From contig NZ_LN831024.1 of NCBI RefSeq assembly GCF_001457615.1, forward strand, positions 3,870,001 to 3,902,000: 32,000 nt of DNA, given 5' to 3'. The notes under the pieces are model-generated. The model was not told the DNA's origin. It searched no databases and worked only from the letters and a program-made list of their open reading frames with translations. Below, in pieces: positions 11,281 through 20,481 of the stretch; the first letter of the stretch is position 1; each line of letters opens with the position of its first letter. A program made the position numbers and the translations under genes. Source of the DNA: Pseudomonas aeruginosa (GTDB taxonomy: Bacteria > Pseudomonadota > Gammaproteobacteria > Pseudomonadales > Pseudomonadaceae).

Positions 11281-11540
11281 CCGCGCGGGCCGTCACCCCG
11301 CGCGGAGCGACGAACCCCTTTTCGAAGGGCTCGGGGAGAGGAACGGTCGGCGAACTCCGGTGTTCGCCGCCGCCCTCTTCCTTCCCCGCCCACAAGGCGG
11401 GGTAAAGGAAGCGAACGCCCGGCCGGGAGATTCACGGCCTCTGCGTCCGGGCGCCTCGCTTCCATTCCCCAGTTCCCGCCGGCGCGGGTGCTGCGGAATG
11501 GAAGCGTCGACGACGCTGCGACCGCCGGTCCGACCGGCGG
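11281..11540 (+). promoter_or_regulatory. Highly structured intercistronic region with multiple hairpins
   Basis: CCGCGCGGG/CCCGCGCGG (11281-11305), CCCTT-TTCG-AAGGG (11316-11329), CGGCGAAC/GTTCGCCG (11348-11369), CCCCGCC/GGCGGGG (11384-11402), CGCTTCCATTCC/GGAATGGAAGCG (11457-11506), CCGCCGGT/ACCGGCGG (11522-11540). Confidence 0.5.
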
Positions 11541-11568
11541 CACGACAACAAGAAATTCGGAGCCTGTC

Positions 11569-12834
11569 ATGAGTACCGATCCACGCGCCTTTCTCACCGA
11601 GCTGTTCAATACCGCGGTGGCAGCCGGCCATCCCTACCAGGTGCTGGCCGACCACCTGCCGGAAGATCGCAGCGGGCGCGCCATCGTCATCGGTGCCGGC
11701 AAGGCCGCCGGAGCCATGGCCGAAGTGGTGGAGAAGCACTGGCAGGGCGAGATCCAGGGCCTGGTAGTGGCGCCTTACCGCTACGGCGCGCAATGCAGTC
11801 GCATCGAGGTGGTGGAAGCCTCCCATCCGGTGCCCGACGACGCCGGCGAGCGCGTCGCGCGTCGCGTGCTGGAACTGATCAGCGGCCTGAACGAGAGCGA
11901 CCGGGTGATCTTCCTTCTCTCCGGCGGCGGCTCCGCACTGCTTTCGCTGCCTGCCGAAGGCATTGGCCTGGCGGACAAGCAGGCGGTGAACAAGGCGCTG
12001 CTCAAGTCCGGCGCCGCCATCGGCGAGATGAACTGCGTGCGCAAGCACCTCTCGGCGATCAAGGGCGGTCGCCTGGCCAAGGCCTGCTGGCCGGCCAGCG
12101 TCTATACCTACGCGATTTCCGACGTTCCCGGCGACGAGGCCACGGTGATCGCCTCCGGCCCCAGCGTCGGCGACCCGACCACCTCCGCCGACGCCCTGGC
12201 GATCCTCAGGCGCTACGCCATCGACGTACCGCAGAACGTCCTCGACTGGCTCGCCGACCCGCGTTCGGAAACCGTCAAGCCCGACGACCCGCGCCTGGCG
12301 CGCAGCCACTTCCAGTTGATCGCCACGCCACAGAACGCCCTCGACGCAGCAGCGGTGAAGTGCCGCGCGGCCGGCTTCTCGACGCTGATCCTCGGCGACC
12401 TGGAGGGCGAGGCGCGGGAAGTCGCCAAGGTCCACGCCGGCATCGCCCGGCAGATCCGCAAGCACGGCCAGCCGCTGGCGGCGCCCTGCGTGATCCTCTC
12501 CGGCGGCGAGACCACCGTCACCGTGCGCGGCAACGGTCGCGGCGGACGCAACGCCGAGTTCCTCCTCAGCCTCACCGCCGAGCTAAAGGGCGAACCGAAC
12601 ATCTGGGCCCTGGCCGGCGACACCGACGGCATCGACGGCTCGGAAGACAACGCCGGCGCGCTGATGACGCCCTGCTCCCATGCGCGCGGCGAAAAGGCCG
12701 GGCTGAAGATCCGCGACGAGCTCGACGACAACAACGGCTACGGCTATTTCCAGACCCTCGGCGACCTGCTGGTGACCGGACCGACCCGCACCAACGTGAA
12801 CGACTTCCGCGCCATTCTCATCCTCGAGTCCTGA
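11569..12834 (+). CDS. ttuD: Glycerate 2-kinase / 'hydroxypyruvate reductase' TtuD (MOFRL family)
   Basis: MSTDPRAFLTELFNTAVAAGHPYQVLADHLPEDRSGRAIVIGAGKAAGAMAEVVEKHW... with FLLSGGGSALL, ILSGGETTVTV and DTDGIDG motifs; downstream of glxR. ATG at 11569 chosen over the longer ORF start at 11269. Confidence 0.93.
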   Translation: MSTDPRAFLTELFNTAVAAGHPYQVLADHLPEDRSGRAIVIGAGKAAGAMAEVVEKHWQGEIQGLVVAPYRYGAQCSRIEVVEASHPVPDDAGERVARRVLELISGLNESDRVIFLLSGGGSALLSLPAEGIGLADKQAVNKALLKSGAAIGEMNCVRKHLSAIKGGRLAKACWPASVYTYAISDVPGDEATVIASGPSVGDPTTSADALAILRRYAIDVPQNVLDWLADPRSETVKPDDPRLARSHFQLIATPQNALDAAAVKCRAAGFSTLILGDLEGEAREVAKVHAGIARQIRKHGQPLAAPCVILSGGETTVTVRGNGRGGRNAEFLLSLTAELKGEPNIWALAGDTDGIDGSEDNAGALMTPCSHARGEKAGLKIRDELDDNNGYGYFQTLGDLLVTGPTRTNVNDFRAILILES

Positions 12835-12835
12835 C

Positions 12836-14269
12836 ATGACAGCCGACAAGAAAGCCAAGATCCTCGCCACCCTCGGCCCGGCCACCCGCAGCCGCGACGA
12901 TATCCGTGCCCTGGTGGAGGCCGGCGCCAACCTGTTCCGCCTGAACTTCAGCCACGGCGACTACGCCGATCACGCGCAGCGCTTCGCCTGGGTGCGCGAG
13001 GTGGAAGCGGAACTGAACTACCCGATCGGCGTGCTCATGGACCTGCAGGGTCCGAAGCTGCGGGTCGGCCGCTTCGCCGCCGGTGCCGTGCAATTGCAGC
13101 GCGGGCAGACCTTCACCCTCGACCTCAGCGACGTCCCCGGTGACGAGCGGCGGGTCAACCTGCCGCATCCGGAGATCATCCATGCCCTGGAGCCGGGCAT
13201 GAGCCTGCTGCTGGACGACGGCAAGATCCGCCTGAAAGTGGTCAACTGCCACAGCGACGCCATCGAGACCCGCGTGGCGGTGGGTGGCGAGCTGTCCGAT
13301 CGCAAGGGCGTCAACGTGCCGGAAGCGGTGCTGCAACTCAGCCCGCTGACCGACAAGGACCGCCGCGACCTGGCCTTCGGCCTGGAACTGGGGGTCGACT
13401 GGGTGGCGCTGTCCTTCGTGCAACGCCCGGAGGACATCGACGAGGCCCGTGGGCTGATCGGCGACAAGGCCTTCCTCATGGCCAAGATCGAGAAGCCCAG
13501 CGCGGTGAGCGCCATCGAGGCGATCGCCGAGCGCGCCGACGCGATCATGGTGGCGCGCGGCGACCTCGGCGTAGAGGTGCCGGCGGAGAGCGTGCCAGGC
13601 ATCCAGAAACGCATCGTCCAGGTCTGCCGCCAGCTCGGCAAGCCGGTGGTGGTGGCCACCCAGATGCTCGAGTCGATGCGCTTCTCCCCCGCCCCGACCC
13701 GCGCCGAGGTGACCGACGTAGCCACCGCGGTGGGCGCCGGCGCCGACGCGGTGATGCTTTCGGCGGAAACCGCTTCCGGACAATACCCTCGCGAGGCGGT
13801 AGAGATGATGGCGAAGATCGTCCGCCAGGTGGAGGCCGAGCCGGACTACCACGTCCAGCTCGAGGTCAACCGTCCGCAGCCCGACGCTACCGTCTCCGAT
13901 GCGATCAGCTGCGCGATCCGCCGGGTCAGCCGGATCCTCCCGGTGGCGGTGCTGGTGAACTACACCGAGTCGGGCAACTCGACCCTGCGCGCCGCCCGCG
14001 AGCGGCCCAAGGCGCCGATCCTCAGCCTGACCCCGAACCTGCGTACCGCGCGGCGACTGACCGTGGCCTGGGGCGTGTATTCGGTGGTCAACGAGCAACT
14101 GGCGCACGTCGACGAGATCTGCTCGACCGCCCTCGACATCGCCCTGGCCCAGCGCATGGCGCGCCGCGGCGACACCGTGGTGGTCACCGCCGGCGTGCCG
14201 TTCGGTCGCCCCGGCTCGACCAACATGCTGCGCATCGAGACCGTGGCGCCGCCGCTGGGAGATCTCTGA
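12836..14269 (+). CDS. pykF: Pyruvate kinase
   Basis: 477-aa ORF MTADKKAKILATLGPATRSRDDIRALVEAGANLFRLNFSHG..., with MVARGDLGVEVPAESVP. Confidence 0.97.
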   Translation: MTADKKAKILATLGPATRSRDDIRALVEAGANLFRLNFSHGDYADHAQRFAWVREVEAELNYPIGVLMDLQGPKLRVGRFAAGAVQLQRGQTFTLDLSDVPGDERRVNLPHPEIIHALEPGMSLLLDDGKIRLKVVNCHSDAIETRVAVGGELSDRKGVNVPEAVLQLSPLTDKDRRDLAFGLELGVDWVALSFVQRPEDIDEARGLIGDKAFLMAKIEKPSAVSAIEAIAERADAIMVARGDLGVEVPAESVPGIQKRIVQVCRQLGKPVVVATQMLESMRFSPAPTRAEVTDVATAVGAGADAVMLSAETASGQYPREAVEMMAKIVRQVEAEPDYHVQLEVNRPQPDATVSDAISCAIRRVSRILPVAVLVNYTESGNSTLRAARERPKAPILSLTPNLRTARRLTVAWGVYSVVNEQLAHVDEICSTALDIALAQRMARRGDTVVVTAGVPFGRPGSTNMLRIETVAPPLGDL

Positions 14270-14336
14270 AGCAACGAGTTCGGTCCGGCTCGCGCCGTCC
14301 CCCCGGGCATGCGGGTCGGGCCACCCTTGTCTCTCT

Positions 14337-14382
14337 CGGATGGATGGGGCCGGAAATACGGGGCCGCGTCTCCATCCATCCG
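14337..14382. repeat. Inverted repeat CGGATGGATGG ... CCATCCATCCG downstream of pyruvate kinase
   Basis: Perfect 11-bp arms at 14337-14347 and 14372-14382. Confidence 0.75.
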
Positions 14383-14449
14383 GGAAAGACCTTCTTGTCG
14401 GACCATGGCCTCCCTCGCGCACTCCCATGCAGGCCATGGACATTCAAGG

Positions 14450-14483
14450 CCTCCGGTTCAACTCCTGCCGGAGGTCTTTTTTT
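14450..14483 (+). terminator. Rho-independent terminator after pyruvate kinase
   Basis: CCTCCGG-TTCAACTCCTG-CCGGAGG followed by TCTTTTTTTC. Confidence 0.85.
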
Positions 14484-14635
14484 CTTCTTGGAACGCCCTG
14501 CATGCATGACCCTCGCCTGGCCTTCTCGTCCGGGGTGCGTCGCCTCCGCGCCAGACCCTACAATGACCGCCCCCGCCCCTCGCGCAGGCCTGGCATCTCC
14601 GTGCCTGCCGAGCGGCCCTTGCCGCACTGACCGCC

Positions 14636-15550
14636 ATGCCCCTGCAATCTCTCCTCAATGCATCCCGAATCCTCCTGCGCGGCATCAGCCAGGTGTTCCT
14701 CCAGGGCGACCCACGCCTGGGCCTGGCCTGTCTGCTGGCGATCGCCGTCGGCGCGCCGCCGCTGCTCGCCGGCGCCCTCCTTGGCGGCGCCCTCGGCCCG
14801 TTGCTGGCGCGCCTGTTGCACTGCGCCGACAGCGACATCGAGGCCGGGCTGTACGGCTACAACGCCGTGCTGATCGGCATGCTGCTGGCATTCCGCTTCG
14901 CCTGGTCGCCGGGGCTGGTATCGCTGGTAGCGCTCGGCTGCCTGGCCAGCGTGGCGTTGCAGCGCCTGTTCCTGCATGGGCTGCGCCGACGCCGCTGGCT
15001 TCCGCCCTATACCCTGGGCTTCGTCCTCAACGGCTGGTGGCTGGTGCCCCTCGGCGCCTGGCTAGGCCTGGCCCCGGCGCCCCATGGCGGCTGCTTCAGC
15101 TGCGCCTGGAGCGGCACGGCGGAGCTGGCGGCGCTAGCGCAGGGGATCGGCGAGATCATCTTCCTTGGTGAACCGCTGGCAGGGCTGCTGGTCTGGCTCG
15201 GCCTGCTGCTGGTCTCGCGTCCCTCCGCCGCCTGGGCCCTCGCCGGCGCCGCGGCCAGCCTGCCGCTGGCCTGGCTGCTGGGCTACGACTGGGCGAGCGC
15301 GCTCGCCGGGTTCTACGGCCTGAACGCCGCCCTTGCCGGGCTGGCCCTGGCCTTGCGCTACCGCAGCGTCTGGCCGCCACTGCTCGGCATGGTCCTGGCG
15401 GTGGCGCTGCAACCGCTGTTCGGCCTGCTCGGCCTGCCGGCGCTGACCGCACCGTTCATCCTCGCCTGCCTGCTTTGCATCGGCGGCGAGCGCCTGTACC
15501 TGCGCCTGGCCGGCAGCCTCGGCGCGCGCCTCGGCCGGCGACGCTCCTGA
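14636..15550 (+). CDS. Urea transporter (UT family, Yut-like)
   Basis: 304-aa hydrophobic ORF; LNASRILLRGISQVFLQGDPRLGLACLLAI, CADSDIEAGLYGYNAVLIGMLLAF, YDWASALAGFYGLNAALAGLAL repeats typical of bacterial urea transporters. Confidence 0.88.
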   Translation: MPLQSLLNASRILLRGISQVFLQGDPRLGLACLLAIAVGAPPLLAGALLGGALGPLLARLLHCADSDIEAGLYGYNAVLIGMLLAFRFAWSPGLVSLVALGCLASVALQRLFLHGLRRRRWLPPYTLGFVLNGWWLVPLGAWLGLAPAPHGGCFSCAWSGTAELAALAQGIGEIIFLGEPLAGLLVWLGLLLVSRPSAAWALAGAAASLPLAWLLGYDWASALAGFYGLNAALAGLALALRYRSVWPPLLGMVLAVALQPLFGLLGLPALTAPFILACLLCIGGERLYLRLAGSLGARLGRRRS

Positions 15551-15615
15551 GCGGGGGAACGCTGGCGCCGGCGGGCTAGTCTGGTAAGGTGCCGCATCCA
15601 TCATCAGGAGCCACG

Positions 15616-16467
15616 ATGAGCGCACCCGACAGCTGGCGCGAACGCCTCTACATCGTCATCTTCCAGACCGACACCCGCGACGGCCGGCGCTTCGACAGCG
15701 CGCTGCTGCTGGTGATCCTGGCCAGCCTGCTGGTAGTGATGATCGACAGCATCGACGAAATCCACCAGGACTACGGCGACCTGCTGGCCTACATCGAATG
15801 GGGCTTCACCGGCATCTTCCTGGTGGAATACCTGCTGCGCCTGTACTGCTCGCCCAAGCCGCTGCGCTATGCCTTCAGCTTCTACGGCCTGGTCGACCTG
15901 CTGGCGATCCTCCCCGGCTTCCTCGCCCTGCTCTACCCCGACGCCCAGTACCTGCTGATCGTCCGGGTGATACGCATGCTGCGGATCTTCCGCGTGCTCA
16001 AGCTACGCCAGTACCTGAGCCAGGCCAATTTCCTGCTCACCGCCCTGCGCGGCAGCAAGCAGAAGATCATCGTGTTCTTCCTCACCGTGATGACCCTGGT
16101 CACCGTGTTCGGCGCGCTGATGTACGTGGTCGAAGGCCCGGAGCACGGTTTCACCAGCATCCCCCGCGGCATCTACTGGGCGATCGTCACCCTGACCACG
16201 GTCGGCTTCGGCGACATCACCCCGAAGACCCCGCTCGGCCAGGCCATCGCCAGCCTGGTGATGCTCACCGGCTACTCGATCATCGCGGTGCCCACCGGGA
16301 TCTTCACCGCCGAACTCGCCACCGCGATGCGCCAGGACCCGGCCAACCTGTTGCAGCGGGATTGCCCGGTGTGCCGCAAGGCGACCCACGAAGTGCAGGC
16401 GGCATTCTGCTGCCGCTGCGGCAACCCGTTGTTCCCTCGCGAGGAAGGCAGCCATGGGAAGTCTTGA
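15616..16467 (+). CDS. Voltage-gated-like K+ channel (VIC superfamily) with C-terminal zinc-ribbon-like motif
   Basis: ATG preceded by AGGAG. S4-like VIVRVIRMLRIFRVLKLRQYL, selectivity filter TTVGFGDI, C-terminal CPVCRKATHEVQAAFCCRCGNPLF. Confidence 0.93.
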   Translation: MSAPDSWRERLYIVIFQTDTRDGRRFDSALLLVILASLLVVMIDSIDEIHQDYGDLLAYIEWGFTGIFLVEYLLRLYCSPKPLRYAFSFYGLVDLLAILPGFLALLYPDAQYLLIVRVIRMLRIFRVLKLRQYLSQANFLLTALRGSKQKIIVFFLTVMTLVTVFGALMYVVEGPEHGFTSIPRGIYWAIVTLTTVGFGDITPKTPLGQAIASLVMLTGYSIIAVPTGIFTAELATAMRQDPANLLQRDCPVCRKATHEVQAAFCCRCGNPLFPREEGSHGKS

Positions 16468-17080
16468 CCGGCAGCGCTGGGACGCCCTCTGGCAGCGACT
16501 CGGCGGCAACCCGCCGGCGGATGCCTTCGACGCGCTGCTGGCGGCCTATGGCGGGGCCGACCGGCACTACCACAGCGATCGCCACATCCTCGCCTGCCTG
16601 GAGCACTTCGACCGCTGGCGCCAACTGGCGCTGCGGCCGGACCTGGTGGAGCTGGCGTTGTGGACCCACGACCTGGTCTACGACACCCAGCGCCAGGACA
16701 ACGAGGCCGCCAGCGCCGCCAGCACCGAGCACTGGCTCGACCAGGCCGGGCTGGCGGCGCTGCGGCCGGCCCTGCGCGAACTGATCATGGCCACCTGTCA
16801 CCAGGCGCCGCCGGGAGACGCCGACGCAGCCCTGGTGGTGGATATCGACCTCGCCATCCTCGCCGCGCCGGCGCCGGTCTACGCACGCTACGAGGCGGAC
16901 GTCCGCGCCGAATACGCCTGGGTGCCGGAACCGCTGTTCCGCGCCGGGCGCGGCAAGTTGCTGCGCCAGTTGCTGGAGCAACCGGCGCTGTACCACTGCG
17001 AACCGCTGCGGCAACGCTGGGAGGCCGCCGCCCGCGCCAACCTGCGCGGTGCCCTGGAGCGCCTGGAACAGCCGGCCTGA
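16454..17080 (+). CDS. Conserved protein of the predicted metal-dependent HD phosphohydrolase type
   Basis: 208-aa ORF with YHSDRHILACLEHFDRWR, LALWTHDLVYD, MATCHQAPPGDADAALVVDIDLAILA; overlaps the channel gene by 14 bp. Confidence 0.85.
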   Translation: MGSLDRQRWDALWQRLGGNPPADAFDALLAAYGGADRHYHSDRHILACLEHFDRWRQLALRPDLVELALWTHDLVYDTQRQDNEAASAASTEHWLDQAGLAALRPALRELIMATCHQAPPGDADAALVVDIDLAILAAPAPVYARYEADVRAEYAWVPEPLFRAGRGKLLRQLLEQPALYHCEPLRQRWEAAARANLRGALERLEQPA

Positions 17081-17203
17081 GCCGCACGGGAAAATTTCTT
17101 CGCGCCGCTTAACCCGTCTTTCGCCGCGCTTGCGTCTCAGGCAGCAGGAAGGGACCGCACGCATGGGTTCCTCGCCCCTCCATCCGCCCAAGGAAGAGAT
17201 ATC

Positions 17204-18859
17204 GTGAATCGACTCGCCGCCTCTCCGCTCCTGTTCGCCGGCCTGTTCGCCAGCGCTCCGTTGCTGGCCGCGCCACAAGCGGTCGACAGCCGCATCAGCG
17301 CGGTCACCGTCTACGCCGACCGTGCCGTGGTCACCCGCACCGCCCGCCTGCAATTGCCCAAGGGCCAGCATGAGATCGCCCTGGAGCAACTGCCCTTCCA
17401 GCTCGACGACACCAGCCTGCGCGCGTCCCTCGGCGCCAGCGCCGCCGCCACCCTGCTCGACGTCAGCAGCGCCGCGCAACGGGTCGAGCGCCCGGACGAC
17501 AACCGTGTGCAGCAGCTCGACCAGCAACTGCGCGAGATAGACCGGCAACTGCGGGAAATCCATGACCGCGGCAGCGTGCTCGAAGCGCAGAAGAAGTTCC
17601 TCGCCGACATCCAGAGCGGCAGCACCCAGCCCGGCAAGGATCGCCCCATGCCCGGCATCGACGAGCTGAAGAGCCTGCTGCAACTGACCGAAGGCAACCT
17701 CGAACGCCTGCTCGCCGAGCAGCGCCAGCTGGACGACCGCGCCGCCGAACTGGAACAGCGCAAGCAGCAGTTGCAGGAGCAGCGCGGCACCCTCAACGGC
17801 GACGGCAAGCGCTTCAAGCGCGCGGTCCTGCGGGTCGCCCTGGAGCAACCGGCACAGGTCGAGGTGAAGCTCGACTACACCCTGCGCGACGCCTCCTGGC
17901 AGCCGACCTACGACGCGCGCCTGCGCGACGGCGCGAAGACCATCGAACTGACCTACCAGGGCCTGGTCCGGCAGAGCAGCGGCGAAGACTGGACCGACAT
18001 CGACCTGACCCTCTCCACCGCCCGTCCGGCCCTGGGCGGCAACGTACCGCGGCTGAATCCCTGGATCGTCGACATCGACGCGCCCAACGCCTACTACGGT
18101 GCCGAGATGGCCATGCAGGACGTTCCGGCGCCCATGCCGCAAGCCGCTCCCATCGCCAGGACCTCGGCGAAGATGGCCATGCCGGCCCCGGCGCCGAAGC
18201 TGGCCGAGGCGCCGCTCGCCACCGCGGAGGTCAGCAGCGGCGCCGCCAGCGCCTCTTTCCACATCCCCGTGCCGGCGACCCTGAACAGCGACGGCAGCGC
18301 GCAGAAGGTCACCATCGCCCGCCTGGAAATGCCGGCCAAGCTGCGCTATCTGGCGGCCCCGGCCCTGCGCGAAACCGCCTACCTGGAGGCGGAGACCCGC
18401 AACGACAGCGACTACCCGCTGCTCCCCGGCACCCTGAATACCTTTCTCGGCAACAGCTTCGTCGCCAGCGGCCATCTGCGCGGGGTGATGCCCGGCGAGA
18501 GCTTCGAACTGGCACTGGGCGCCGACGAGGGCATCGGCATCGAACGCAAGCTGGTCAAGCGCTATACCGACAGCAGCGGCCTGATCGGCAACCGCACGCG
18601 GGTCAACTACGAATTCCGCATCGACGTGCGCAACAACCACAAGAACGCCGAACGCGTGCAGTTCGAGGACCAGTTGCCGGTCTCGCGCAACGAGCAGATC
18701 CAGGTCACCTTGCTGGAACCCAAGGCGCAGGAAGTCAAGCGCGAGGACGACGGCAAGCTGAAGTGGGACTGGACCCTGCAACCCGGCGAGAAACGCAGCG
18801 CCACCCTGAAGTTCAGCGTGGAGTATCCCAAGGACCTGGCGGTCAGCGGCCTCGACTAG
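17204..18859 (+). CDS. muiA: MuiA/DUF4139 family protein ('mucoidy inhibitor')
   Basis: 551-aa ORF with signal peptide, SRISAVTVYADRAVVTRTARLQLPKGQHEIALEQLPFQLDDTSLRASL, C-terminal QPGEKRSATLKFSVEYPKDLAVSGLD. Confidence 0.88.
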   Translation: MNRLAASPLLFAGLFASAPLLAAPQAVDSRISAVTVYADRAVVTRTARLQLPKGQHEIALEQLPFQLDDTSLRASLGASAAATLLDVSSAAQRVERPDDNRVQQLDQQLREIDRQLREIHDRGSVLEAQKKFLADIQSGSTQPGKDRPMPGIDELKSLLQLTEGNLERLLAEQRQLDDRAAELEQRKQQLQEQRGTLNGDGKRFKRAVLRVALEQPAQVEVKLDYTLRDASWQPTYDARLRDGAKTIELTYQGLVRQSSGEDWTDIDLTLSTARPALGGNVPRLNPWIVDIDAPNAYYGAEMAMQDVPAPMPQAAPIARTSAKMAMPAPAPKLAEAPLATAEVSSGAASASFHIPVPATLNSDGSAQKVTIARLEMPAKLRYLAAPALRETAYLEAETRNDSDYPLLPGTLNTFLGNSFVASGHLRGVMPGESFELALGADEGIGIERKLVKRYTDSSGLIGNRTRVNYEFRIDVRNNHKNAERVQFEDQLPVSRNEQIQVTLLEPKAQEVKREDDGKLKWDWTLQPGEKRSATLKFSVEYPKDLAVSGLD

Positions 18860-18987
18860 CGCTGGCCAAAGCGCCGGCCGCGGCATAGGCTCGAGCGGGT
18901 AATAAGCAAAGCAGTTTTTGATATTTACCCTGCATATAACCCGACGTTATAGTCGAGCCACTACAACATGCTCAAAGGAACTGCCCT

Positions 18988-19985
18988 GTGAAACGACTGT
19001 TCAGCGCCTCCCTGCTGGCCGCCGGCCTGGCGCTCGGCGGCGCCGCTCACGCCGCCCAGCCCCTGCTCAACGTCTCCTACGACGTGATGCGCGACTTCTA
19101 CAAGGAATACAACCCGGCCTTCCAGAAATACTGGAAAGCGGAGAAAGGCGAGAACATCACCATCCAGATGTCCCATGGCGGTTCCAGCAAGCAGGCGCGC
19201 TCGGTGATCGACGGTCTGCCCGCCGACGTCATCACCATGAACCAGGCCACCGACATCGACGCCCTCGCCGACAACGGCGGCCTGGTGCCGAAGGACTGGG
19301 CGACCCGCCTGCCGAACAACAGCGCGCCGTTCACCTCGGCCACCGTGTTCATCGTTCGCAAGGGCAACCCCAAGGCCCTGAAGGACTGGCCGGACCTGCT
19401 CAAGGACGGCGTCCAGGTAGTGGTGCCGAACCCCAAGACCTCCGGCAATGGCCGCTACACCTATCTCTCCGCCTGGGGCTACGTGCTGAAGAACGGCGGT
19501 GACGAGAACAAGGCCAAGGAATTCGTCGGCAAGCTGTTCAAGCAGGTACCGGTGCTCGACACCGGCGGCCGCGCCGCCACCACTACCTTCATGCAGAACC
19601 AGATCGGCGACGTACTGGTGACCTTCGAGAACGAAGCCGAGATGATCGCCCGCGAATTCGGCCGAGGCGGCTTCGAGGTGGTCTACCCGAGCGTGTCCGC
19701 CGAGGCCGAGCCCCCGTGGCGGTGGTCGACAAGGTGGTCGAGAAGAAAGGCAGCCGCGCCCAGGCCGAGGCCTACCTGAAGTACCTGTGGTCGGACGAGG
19801 GCCAGACCATCGCCGCCAACAACTACCTGCGCCCGCGCAACCCGGAGATCCTCGCCAAGTTCGCCGACCGCTTCCCGAAAGTCGACTTCTTCTCGGTGGA
19901 GAAGACCTTCGGCGACTGGCGCAGCGTGCAGAAGACCCACTTCATCGACGGCGGCGTATTCGACCAGATCTACAGCCCCAACTGA
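18988..19985 (+). pseudogene. cysP: Periplasmic sulfate-binding protein, frameshifted near codon 243
   Basis: ORF 18988..19779 reads MKRLFSASLLAAGLALGGAAHAAQPLLNVSYDVMRDFYKEYNPAFQKYW... to ...SVSAEAEPP, then enters a wrong frame. The expected C-terminus (VAVVDKVVEKKGSRAQAEAYLKYLWSDEGQTIAANNYLRPRNPEILAKFADRFPKVDFFSVEKTFGDW...FDQIYSPN) is in ORF 19716..19985. Consistent with one missing G at ~19716. Confidence 0.9.
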
Positions 19986-20002
19986 TCCCTCGCCGCTTGA
20001 CG

Positions 20003-20036
20003 AAAAAGCCGGAAGCGCTCGCGCTTCCGGCTTTTT
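20003..20036. terminator. Bidirectional terminator between cysP and the minus-strand gene
   Basis: AAAAAGCCGGAAGCG-CTCG-CGCTTCCGGCTTTTT, perfect 15-bp stem with A- and T-tracts. Confidence 0.93.
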
Positions 20037-20066
20037 CATTCGGCTTGCAGTTCAGCCACTGCCGCC

Positions 20067-20423
20067 TCAGCGAAACTCGTGCTCCACCTCGGACCAGAGG
20101 CTGACCCGCTGTCCGCCGGCCTCGAAGAACTCCATCTCGCGGCGGATGCCGGCGCTGTCTCGCCAGCCCGGCAGGTCGAGGACGATCAGCTCTTCCAGGT
20201 GATCCATGTAGAAGGCGTCCACCGGCGCCCACAACCTGCCGATCGCCGCGCGGTCGAGCTCGGCCAGGCACAGGTTGATCGGGTGGGACATGGAGACCTG
20301 GCTGAATACCACGTGGCCGCCGCGGACGATGGTCGCCGCGACCTCGTTGCAGGCACGGAAGCGCTGCTCGACCACCTCGGCGTCGGCATGGCTGTAGGGA
20401 CAGGCTAGGAATATCTTGCGCAT
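20067..20423 (-). CDS. DUF1937 / nucleoside 2-deoxyribosyltransferase-like small protein
   Basis: 118-aa MRKIFLACPYSHADAEVVEQRFRACNEVAATIVRGGHVVFSQVSMSHPINL...IVLDLPGWRDSAGIRREMEFFEAGGQRV. Confidence 0.8.
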   Translation of the reverse strand: MRKIFLACPYSHADAEVVEQRFRACNEVAATIVRGGHVVFSQVSMSHPINLCLAELDRAAIGRLWAPVDAFYMDHLEELIVLDLPGWRDSAGIRREMEFFEAGGQRVSLWSEVEHEFR

Positions 20424-20481
20424 GGTTACCTCGTTGCGGAAAGCGACGCCGCGATGGCTCGCGGCGCTCGTCGGGGATGTT

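Noticed and set aside
12818-14443. 541-aa minus-strand ORF opposite pyruvate kinase
   Set aside because: Shadow ORF of a strongly conserved gene with no recognisable motif.
16304-18886. 860-aa minus-strand ORF opposite the channel, HD protein and muiA
   Set aside because: It is antisense to three well-supported genes and its product is low-complexity His/Gln/Gly/Arg-rich, as expected from mirror frames in high-GC coding DNA.
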